From contig MTSL01000211.1 of the NCBI GenBank assembly GCA_002794465.1, positions 1 through 21,998 of the forward strand: a DNA stretch of 21,998 nucleotides, in the 5' to 3' direction. Each line of letters opens with the position of its first letter. The first letter of the stretch is position 1. Below are positions 8,723 through 17,270 of the stretch, piece by piece. The notes beneath the pieces are model-generated. The model did not search any database and had not been told where the DNA came from. It was given only the letters and a program-made list of their open reading frames with translations. Origin of the DNA: Paramicrosporidium saccamoebae KSL3 (taxonomy: Eukaryota > Fungi > Cryptomycota). The translations under genes were made by a program, and so were the position numbers.

Positions 8723-9886
8723 ATGAAAAATGCGACATTACCGGGGCATCGTGACATGAGCGTTATTAGTGGAGAGGACCATCTGGATCGTCTCTTTGGT
8801 AGTGACTCTGCCCAGTCTGGCGGGGAAGACACTTTCGATACTAGTGTCGATAATAATGTCGATCATAACGCCGATAATAATGCCGATAATAATGTCGAAA
8901 TGTTAGAGTCAAATGCCGGAGCCAGTTCAGAGCCCGAGGTGGACTCTTCAGATACTATGCGTCGTCCCAGTAGGAAACGAACGTTGACTGACGTCAGGAT
9001 GAAGGAAATGTCTATCAAAAAGATTCGTTCGCCTCGCGATTTAGACCAGGTGGCAATGCTGTTAAAGCTTCCCGGATTCATGGGAGTGGAAAAGAACGCT
9101 TATTCATCACGAGTGGTGATGGAAGACGAGCTGGCCGGTGTTGAGGGTAATGTCAAGGACGATGCCAATAATGCGGCCCTCCTCCTCCATGCCGCAACAT
9201 GCATTCGCTGGCGAAACGACCCCAAGACTGGCACTCGTCAGAGCAATAGTCGTCTCGTCAAATGGTCCGACGGCAGCCACTCATTAATGGTGGGAGAGGA
9301 GCTCTTTGACCTCTCCATCCAAAGCATGTCGGCTGAGAACAATTACATTTTTGGCCGGCATGCCGAGGAAGGCAGTATGGAATGTCTCGGAAAGCTCAAG
9401 GAGCGGATAATGATACGTCCATACATTACAGACGATCAGCGACACCGAAAATATTTAGCAGCAGCCGCCGTGGCATCAGCAAAAGCAAATTCTGATGTCC
9501 GAGTGAAGCTGGCAGTGACAGTTGCCGATCCCGAGATGGAAAAACAACGAATGGTCAAGCTGGAGCAGGAAAAAATCAAGGCCCGACGCAAATTGGAGGC
9601 TCAAAGGAGGAATCTAAAGCAGCGCTCCTTTGAACGGGTCGCCCGGACCGGACTTAGTGCAAAATTCCTGGAAGAGCGCGATGACGACGATTTAGGCGAA
9701 GAGGAGGACGAATATGAAGATGATTTTATTGATGACACAAAGGTTGGAGAAGAAACAGATTCCGGAGATGCAGGGTCGGAATCTGAATCCGAGGCTGAAT
9801 TTTCAGGACGAGAGGGAAGTGATACCGAAATCAAGGAACCCAAGGCCAAACGCCGGGCTGCTATTGTAGATGATGACGATGAATAA
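8723..9886 (+). CDS. LEO1: Paf1 complex subunit Leo1
   Basis: LKLPGFMGVE, CIRWR and QSNSRLVKWSDGSHSLMVGEELFD core motifs with acidic N- and C-terminal tails. An alternative start Met is at 8756. Confidence 0.92.
   Translation: MKNATLPGHRDMSVISGEDHLDRLFGSDSAQSGGEDTFDTSVDNNVDHNADNNADNNVEMLESNAGASSEPEVDSSDTMRRPSRKRTLTDVRMKEMSIKKIRSPRDLDQVAMLLKLPGFMGVEKNAYSSRVVMEDELAGVEGNVKDDANNAALLLHAATCIRWRNDPKTGTRQSNSRLVKWSDGSHSLMVGEELFDLSIQSMSAENNYIFGRHAEEGSMECLGKLKERIMIRPYITDDQRHRKYLAAAAVASAKANSDVRVKLAVTVADPEMEKQRMVKLEQEKIKARRKLEAQRRNLKQRSFERVARTGLSAKFLEERDDDDLGEEEDEYEDDFIDDTKVGEETDSGDAGSESESEAEFSGREGSDTEIKEPKAKRRAAIVDDDDE
8846..8898 (+). repeat. In-frame 12-bp tandem repeat within LEO1 (VDNN/VDHN/ADNN/ADNN)
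   Basis: gtcgataataat gtcgatcataac gccgataataat gccgataataat gtcga, in the disordered N-terminus. Confidence 0.85.
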
Positions 9887-9889
9887 ACA

Positions 9890-9925
9890 TGTTGTGATGT
9901 GATGTGATGGGGCGGGGTGGGGTGG
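9890..9925. repeat. Drifting 5-bp tandem repeat, becoming G-rich, just 3' of LEO1
   Basis: tgttg tgatg tgatg tgatg gggcg gggtg gggtg g. Confidence 0.8.
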
Positions 9926-10151
9926 AGTAATATTACATGCTTTGCCAGGCGTAAAGATATGAGGAGCTTGCTCATTGTTTCATTGTTAGCCCAACGACTT
10001 ATTTATAGTCTCGAAAACAACCCTCAAATACTCAGCTAATAGATCCTCTCTACCACACCACACATGCATATCCTCGAATGCCCAGATAATCAATCCGCTA
10101 TAATTACCAGGGATTTCCAACCCCGGCCCAAAAAGAGCCGGTCTGTGAGGG

Positions 10152-11648
10152 ATGACCACCATGGAATCGGTGCCTCTCTCATCTGCACCGAAATCATCCC
10201 CCGACCAACTATCACACGCCCTCCAGGAGGCCCAAGGCAACCGTCGTGCCATCCACCGGCTGTCCCTTCAGCTCACTACGCCCGAGTCGCTGACACATTT
10301 CCTGACTCTTGACTGGAGCGGCATCTATGATGCGTACCGGGAGGTTTTGCTAGCACTAGCCAGCATGCGACCTGGCTGCGTATCGCAGATCATGGCGGCG
10401 CTGGTCGGAAGACTGACGAAGGCTGACGACGGCGCTGTCGGGGCCATCGGAGCCCTCGTCAAATTAGCTCCGTCGTGTTGTACCTTTTTGATGCCGGCTG
10501 TAGAGTTTCATTTTCCCTTCCACTCGCGCAGTATCGAAGACCATGTCATTTATATTGGAAATTTGTTGAGAATTGCCGAGACACTGCCTATGTGGCGGTA
10601 TAAAATTTTAGAGTTGATTATTGGAAAAGCGTTGATTATTGACGTCGAGCTGCAGAATGACGCCGAACAGTTAAAGGAGCTGGACCTTTGTAAAGAAATG
10701 ACTACCTGCGGCGAGGACACGGAAATTGAAACACAGGAGCCCATTCCGGAGCATTTGCTGAAGAGGAGGAAATTACGTGCAGTCAGGAACGGGACAAAGA
10801 AGCTAGACGGCGTTCTGGAGCTAGTGTTTGCGCATATTGACCAAAGCATTCGAAAGGGAAAGGACGAGTTGGATGAGAAAAAGTCGAGGGAAATGTTCAA
10901 TTTCATGTTGACCGTCTTTGAAAAGACCATCTTGCCGACCTTCAAGTCACGTTACACACAGTTCCTGACCTTTTATATGACCAGTCTGCGTCCCACACTG
11001 GCAGATCAGTTTTTGGGCCTCTTGTTCAAGCCGCTCGTGCAGTTCTGCCAAAGTCTTGATCATGGCCGCAATTCTATGCCGAGTCCCAAACTGCTCCTCT
11101 CAGTAACCTATATTGGCAGCTTTGTGGCCCGAGCGAGGTTTCTCTCTGACGAACTGCTCCAACTGGCCTTTGAGATGCTGATCGACCTCAGCACCCGATT
11201 GCGGCTGAAAACGACCATTGGCTCACCCAGGATCCTCACAGTCATCTCGCTACAGCACATTATGTATATTTTCTGTGCTCGCTACGATCGGCTTATTGCT
11301 CGAATGGGCACACAGGAACTGGAGGATCTCTTTGATATCCTCTTTGAAGATTCCTCTGTCCTGCAGTACTGTAACGCAGACATTGTCACGCGGTTCATAG
11401 AGTTGGCTGGGGAGCGTCTAGGACTGTTACACCCGGAGGTGGCTGTTGAATACGAACAATCCAGGACGGTAAAGTTTGTGACGAAATATGAAGATTTGGA
11501 GGTTTATTTTCCATTCGACCCCATAGCGTTATCAAAATGCAAGGTTTTCATTAATGATCAAGTCTACCAAGATGTCCTAAGCGAAGACGAGGACGAAGAA
11601 GACGACAATGACGCCACGGAGACGGAATCTGGTCGTCCCTCATTGTAA
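10152..11648 (+). CDS. RRN3: RNA polymerase I transcription initiation factor Rrn3/TIF-IA
   Basis: HFPFHSRSIEDHVIYIGNLLRI...ILELIIGKALIIDVELQ, KLDGVLELVF, FEKTILPTFKSRYTQFLTFY and YFPFDP motifs. Confidence 0.92.
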   Translation: MTTMESVPLSSAPKSSPDQLSHALQEAQGNRRAIHRLSLQLTTPESLTHFLTLDWSGIYDAYREVLLALASMRPGCVSQIMAALVGRLTKADDGAVGAIGALVKLAPSCCTFLMPAVEFHFPFHSRSIEDHVIYIGNLLRIAETLPMWRYKILELIIGKALIIDVELQNDAEQLKELDLCKEMTTCGEDTEIETQEPIPEHLLKRRKLRAVRNGTKKLDGVLELVFAHIDQSIRKGKDELDEKKSREMFNFMLTVFEKTILPTFKSRYTQFLTFYMTSLRPTLADQFLGLLFKPLVQFCQSLDHGRNSMPSPKLLLSVTYIGSFVARARFLSDELLQLAFEMLIDLSTRLRLKTTIGSPRILTVISLQHIMYIFCARYDRLIARMGTQELEDLFDILFEDSSVLQYCNADIVTRFIELAGERLGLLHPEVAVEYEQSRTVKFVTKYEDLEVYFPFDPIALSKCKVFINDQVYQDVLSEDEDEEDDNDATETESGRPSL

Positions 11649-11660
11649 CCCGACCCCACT

Positions 11661-11768
11661 GTAGACTGAATTTGTTGGTTTCTCTTTATAGACAGTACCT
11701 GTTGTGCCCTCTTTGTAGACAGAACCTGTTGTGTCCTCCTTATATACAGAATCTGTTGCTCCCTCTTT
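11661..11768. repeat. 27-bp minisatellite, 4 degenerate units, immediately 3' of RRN3
   Basis: gtagactgaatttgttggtttctcttt / atagacagtacctgttgtgccctcttt / gtagacagaacctgttgtgtcctcctt / atatacagaatctgttgctccctcttt; units abut with no spacers. Confidence 0.9.
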
Positions 11769-11850
11769 ATAAATTGTTTCATACGTATCATGTTTTAAAA
11801 GAGTTAACGCCACTGGGGAATCGCCGCTGAGGATCGTCGCTAAAGAATCA

Positions 11851-11903
11851 CCTATCCTATATACTATATGCTATATCCTACCCCATCCTATATTTATTTA
11901 TTT
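11851..11903. repeat. Low-complexity cctat/ctata repeat and AATAAA-containing tract at the clathrin 3' end
   Basis: cctatcctatatactatatgctatatcctaccccatcctatatttatttattt; the minus strand reads aaataaataaata right after the CHC1 stop. Confidence 0.6.
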
Positions 11904-11905
11904 AC

Positions 11906-14900
11906 TTAAAAGGGTGCAAAGCCAAGTCGAGAACCCGATCTCGAGGTATCGCCTCTCGGATCAATCTTTTCTTGATACTCTCGAAGTGACTGACACATTA
12001 TTGGGATGGCAATGTCCATCCATCCGTTGCGCCAGGCACATTCAAGAACCACGTCGGGTACAATGGAATCGGCACAGGCATAGGCACAGCCGAGGAACAG
12101 CTGCACTAATCCCGCAGATCCCAAAAGTTTCAAGAGATCTTCGGCAACAGCCCGTTCTCGTGATTCGGCAGCCAGAGCAATGGCATCCTTAAACAGACCC
12201 TCCTTGACCAAGACTGCTACGGCCTCTTTCCACATCTTGTTCTGTCGATATAGATGGGCGCCGAGACGACGAAAGTCAATCAGCTCGTGTGTCTCGAGGC
12301 GATGAGCAAAGGCGGCGAGATCAAACTTGTCCGACTTGGCAATGGAAGTGCGCAATCCCTCAAGGTCCTCCTCGTCAAGCAGCAGCTCATTCAGGGCATT
12401 ATTCACGACCAAACTGTTGCCTGGCTGGACGGCCACCAGATAGCCCTTGATCAACGGCAGCAAATTTGACTGTCGGAAGAGTTCAACAATACGCGTTGGC
12501 TCCATGCGAGTACCCACCAGGATCAGTAGCTCATTAACTTGGAGCGGCGACTGCTCCAGGTAAAACTTTACGGCACGCAGAACCGTCTCGGGACTGGACA
12601 CTTTTTGGATCGCTCTGCACATGCGTTCGTGTTCCCAGGCATCGGGATGTTCAATCATAATAGAGACGGCTCTCTCATTCTCATCATGATGGATGAGGAG
12701 ATGGGCCATTTCTCCCCAAAAGTGTCCCTCTTGGCAGGCCAGGATTACTTTTTGCATATTCACCTTTCCACTGTACAGTTTTAGATATTCCAACAGTTTG
12801 GATGGCTTGTGGCGAGCATACTGCACCGCAAGCTCGGTAAAGATTCCTCCGTGGGCGCGCTCCAAGCCAAGACTGCTTTCCAACAGACTCATGCATTGCT
12901 CATGCATCCCTCGGCTTTCATAACTGTACACAATATTATCCAGTTCATCCGGATGAACGACAAGGTAAAGTCCACAGACTTGCGCCAAATGGTATTCCCC
13001 CGTTTCTAAACATGCCTGGTTAACATCGGCCCATACACGAAGACTATTAGCTCGCTTTGCGCACTCTACGGCACTGTTGTAATCATGAAGGTGCACCAAC
13101 GTCGTGGCTAATCTGGCGTAATTGGAGATTGATGAATAAAAGATTTTGGCAGATTCAAACAATTTTGCCTGGTAACAGCGGTCTGCAACCATCTGAATCT
13201 GGGCACCATGAGGCCTCTGCATAAACTCTTCAATGTCGGCAATCCGGTTGAGGCTGGCCAAGCAAAACAACAGCTCATTCTCCAGGGCGGAATCGCGAGT
13301 CTTGCGACGTGCCATTTGTAGATAGCGCAGCAAGTCATCAAAGTGACGACCAGAAGAGGCCGCTTTGATAATCTCGACATAGTCGGTGCAATCGTCTGCG
13401 CGAATGTAAGCGTCAATGGCCTGTGATATCCGTCCCCCAGCGCAGAGGCCACGTCCCAGCTTACTCCAGACTTCCTTGTCATTGCAATCTTCCGCAAATC
13501 CAAGCGCACGATCAAAGTCTTTGATAAATTCCACAAGAATAGTCACTGCCATTGCCAAATTACCCCCCTTCTTGTATCCAAATAGTGCTTCCTCAAAGAG
13601 ACCAGCCTGCGTGCAGGTCTTTGCGATTTCAGATCCATCAAAGTTGGTCAATTTTTTCATGTGGTCCATGACACTATCGGGTCTCGTCTTGATGGCGGTC
13701 AAAAGGAGCAGATTTTGCAGATTCTTGTTGCTCGAAAACGAGGTTCCTCCATACAAAAGCTTCTCCAAGACGGCAAGCAGCTCCTTTGCCAAATCCGCCC
13801 CAATCAAGGCTTTCACTGCGATTGATACATCATCGGCGTCTTGACTTTCCAACACGGCCGAGTTGATGACCTGATCGAGGAGTTCGTCACGGTGAGCATT
13901 GCTCTTGTCCAGGACCATTCTCCACAAATTCATGTCACGACGCTTCAACAAGTACTTGGCCTGCTCCTTGAACATGGCCGACTCGTTGGTCATAGTGATG
14001 AGCTCTTTGTCAAGCTTTCCCTTTTCATAGGCAATCAGAGCAAGATGAGGCTCGCGTTTTTCGCAAAACTTGCCAACGGCAGCGGGACTGTACAAATTGT
14101 TTTCGGTCAAGAATTCCGCAGCGTTCTGCTTCGTGACAATGTAAATCTTGGCCAGAGCATTGTAGACGGCAACATCTCGAGTATTTTCCTGACGAATCTT
14201 TTGCTCCAAAAAGGGAAGAAGAACTGGGAGCTGATCTCTCTCTTCAAGCACCTTTACAAGATTTTCAAGGGGGAAGCGGGGTGGCACCGATGACAGCAGA
14301 GATTGCATTGTGGCAGAATCGCATCCACAGTCAAATAGTGCAGCGACAACGTCGGGGGTGCGTGAAGGATTGACTTTTTGCACATAGACCTCAATGTACT
14401 TTGGCATGTTCTGTTGGAAGAGGTGCACAACAAGATCGTGTACAAGATTGAATCGGTCTGCAACAATGACAAGGGGGAGCTGATCGGGAAGTCCTTGTTC
14501 CTCTTTCAAAAAGGTCCACACCGTCTCAGGATCATAACTGCTACTCTCCTTGCAGACCTTTTCCAGCTCTTTATAATGGCCGGTGCGGGCGGCAGATTTG
14601 ATATAGGCAAAATGCACTTTGGCGTCTTTGCAGGTGGCAAGGAGGGCGCCTGTAAAGACAAAGAGTCCGTCATAATTTCCAGCATCTTCAAATATCTCCA
14701 TTAAAAAGGCTGGCGACACTTTGCTGGCCAGCTTCACGCCCGTAGTAATCACGAGCTGGACAAATTTGGCGGGATCCTGGGCCATCAAAGTCCTAAGGAT
14801 GGTGACAATGTCTTCAGTGGCAAAGTTTTGCAAATATGAGACGGTCCAATCTATGTTAATTTCCGAGGGCGCGTTCAACAGGACGCGGGTCACATCACTG

Positions 14901-16861
14901 GTATTTCGATAATGCTCCAAAGCCTAATTGTCAGAAATCACACACGGGTACTCTTTGATATAGACCAGAATTTTCACAAAGGTTGGCAATCTCGTCACGA
15001 TCATATTTGTTGAGCATCTTGGCCTGGAAAATGGCATCGGCAACTTGGGGTGCCTGTTGAATGCTGAAACGCAAGACTTTGGTCTGTAGACTGGCCAAAT
15101 CATCGGTATTCTGTTTCAGACGATCCAGGACGGAACTTGTCGCCTGCTGCACAAGACCGTGGCCAACAAATAGATCAAAGACCATTTCAACGTTCACAGC
15201 CAAAGAAGCATCCTCAAGAATCAACTTTCCAAACTCTACTGCCTTTACAGGATCAGCCGCCATCGCAGCTTCAAGGAGCGATGGATAGTCGGGCTGGATG
15301 CCAACCTTTTTGGCAAAGAGGACCAGTTTGGAGAATTGTCCGAGCTCTGCAAAACACTGACACACCTTTTCCGGAACATCGGCGCGCAGATAAATGGACA
15401 ATGCCAAAGTCGTGTCAAAGGGCTTGACAATGTCTCCGAGCTCTTCACTACACTCCAACTTGTTCTCCTTTAGCCACTTTTCCAAAAGAGCCTTTTTGTT
15501 CTGGCTGAGCACCGGTTTGGCAAGCTCAATGGACTCGTGGTGGTTCAGAGATCCCTTTTCAAGCAAAATACTGAAGTATTGCAGCAGCGGTGATGATTGT
15601 CCAGGCGAGACGGCCACTGATTTCAAAGTTTCAATGGTCTGGGGAGTGCGAAGCATCCCCCGTGGTGAGCGAGCGGCGAGCTTTCCTGCTTCGACAAAGT
15701 CGCCCATGTTAATTAGCTGAGTAAATCGGTTGGCAAAGAGCTCATCGGCGCCAGGAAGATCATTGTTATACGCCATACGAATGGCCAGGTCTGGCTGATT
15801 GTTTTGTAAGAGATATGGAACAATGGTCTCGCCATCAATCATCACTGACAGCACTTGTCCGCGGCGGTTCACACCAATCACTCCCGAATTATTGCGCCAC
15901 TCGGTGGTAACAAATACTGTCTCGCTGGAAATCCGATTGGCAAAGATGCAAGCCCCCGTGATGAGATCGAAAATCTGGATGAATCCAAATTTGGTCACCA
16001 CATAGACTACGTCAAATTTGGTTCCAATCTGCATAGAGACGGGGAAATCGCTTGCAGCCTCGGGAGGAAAGGATATGTCTAGTGCTTTTTTGGAAAAAAC
16101 TGGATTTCCTTCGCGATGATCAATCTCAACAAGATGGAGCTTGGCCGCAGTCTGAGTACGCACGGCAAACACAAATAGCTTTGTTGGGTATTGCGCACCC
16201 TCCAACATGACTTCAGCAAATCCTCCAGTGTGTCCCTCGATGGCCTGACTTACTCCACGATCCATATTATACAGCTGCATGGCTCCGACTACGCGCCCAT
16301 GCTGCGCAATAATACCAACCAACAGCAGCCAGCGTCCGGTGCTGTCTGTACGATAGCTAATAATTTGACATCCTGCCAAACTAGTGTGTCTTTCAAATAC
16401 CTTACGCGGGTCATTTCCACCCTCGAGGTCCCAATGGTACACGCACGTCTCTGACACGAGTCCAATGGTCGACGGGCCCAGCCAGCGCCAGAAGAGCACC
16501 TCTTCCGTCATCACATACGACTTTAGCTTTGCCTTTTTCTCCAGGTCGAATATCTGCACCTGGCGTCCGGCCTTGAGTGCGATTACTTTGCTGTCTGGAT
16601 TCATAATGGCCGAGTCGGCGGTAATGGGTCGGCGCATGACATTCTCTGGGTCATTCAAGTCAATAACGACGACCTGGTTCTGTTCAGCAACCTTTTCGCG
16701 AACACAAATGAAGCGGTCCGATTCGAATGTGAGCGTGTTGAAGCCTATACTAGCCGCATTGATACCAAGGGCTTGCAGCTACAGAATTACAACATGGCTG
16801 GTGAGGTTACCTGCAAGTGCTCCTGGAATTTGATGGGCAGCAACTCGTTCAAAGAGTCCAT
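11906..16861 (-). CDS. CHC1: Clathrin heavy chain (1631 aa), 3 exons
   Basis: Exons 16861-16811 (MDSLNELLPIKFQEHLQ), 16778-14952 and 14923-11906; introns of 32 nt (16810-16779) and 28 nt (14951-14924). Splicing gives LQALGINAASIGFNTLTFESDRFICVREK, RRPITADSAIMNP, GLYQR|ALEHY, YIEVYVQKVNPSRTP and ERAHGGIFTELA. Confidence 0.98.
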
Positions 16862-16902
16862 TGTTTGCCAATCCACGCTGACACAGCAATTAATGCCCTA
16901 TG

Positions 16903-16912
16903 AGCCAATCAG
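16903..16912. promoter_or_regulatory. CCAAT box upstream of CHC1
   Basis: agccaatcag matches the NF-Y/HAP-type consensus and lies about 40 bp upstream of the CHC1 ATG. Function is not shown. Confidence 0.35.
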
Positions 16913-16921
16913 GGTGTCCAC

Positions 16922-16962
16922 ACAATATGGGCAATTTTATTGGACAATAAATCAAATTGGTT
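16922..16962. repeat. 41-bp perfect direct repeat, copy 1 (identical to 17230-17270)
   Basis: acaatatgggcaattttattggacaataaatcaaattggtt, followed by acaagtc here versus caaagtc in copy 2. Confidence 0.95.
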
Positions 16963-17014
16963 ACAAGTCATGAGATGGCATGTCATAAGCCGATAATAAA
17001 GGACCTGTTGGCGG

Positions 17015-17150
17015 GTGAGCTTACTTTCATTAAAGTATACGGCTTCTTTATAGGTAGTTATTCTTGATATAACCACACTGGGCGGTGGGGCCGCTATCTG
17101 GGTCGGACTCACCAATAATAAGTGGATCTGCTTAACAGCAAACTCAATTT
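17015..17150. repeat. Dispersed non-coding element Y', homologous to about 18385-18537
   Basis: Shared collinear blocks: attaaagtatacggct (17029-17044 = 18402-18417), tatctgggtc(g/a)gac (17095-17108 vs 18473-18486), and caataata...ggat(a)ctgyttarcag (17113-17150 vs 18502-18537). Confidence 0.8.
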
Positions 17151-17229
17151 ATTAGAGCGTATGAAATATAGACAGCCATCCTTGGCGCGCTGTATTGTGG
17201 GATTGCACAAGTACAGGGCGGCTGGCTAT

Positions 17230-17270
17230 ACAATATGGGCAATTTTATTGGACAATAAATCAAATTGGTT
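17230..17270. repeat. 41-bp perfect direct repeat, copy 2; overlaps the ATG4 stop codon and 3' UTR
   Basis: Identical to 16922-16962. On the minus strand it contains the last 11 nt of the ATG4 CDS (aaccaatttga) and an AATAAA. Confidence 0.95.

Noticed and set aside
9986-10252. 88-aa minus-strand ORF between LEO1 and RRN3
   Set aside because: It overlaps the RRN3 start antisense, has no motif, and no convincing intron model of the local size class improves it.
11661-11768. 27-bp repeats as a CRISPR array
   Set aside because: The units abut with no unique spacers and are degenerate; the context is eukaryotic with no cas genes.
79-16658. TTG/GTG starts in the ORF track (79, 1992, 5528, 5529, 6721, 8701, 14920, 16658)
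   Set aside because: These are artefacts of a prokaryotic-style ORF caller; true ATGs or upstream exons are identifiable, or the frame runs off the window edge.
16909-17178. Protein-coding gene in Y' (79 open codons, could start MA via a 31-nt intron)
   Set aside because: It requires an atypical GTC donor and GAG acceptor unlike the 12 reconstructed introns, the frame is not preserved in paralogue Y, and it has no recognisable homology.
16963-17229. Transposon or MITE inserted between the 41-bp direct repeats
   Set aside because: There are no terminal inverted repeats at the boundaries and no transposase, and 41 bp is far longer than usual target-site duplications. The region is kept instead as an unexplained duplication.
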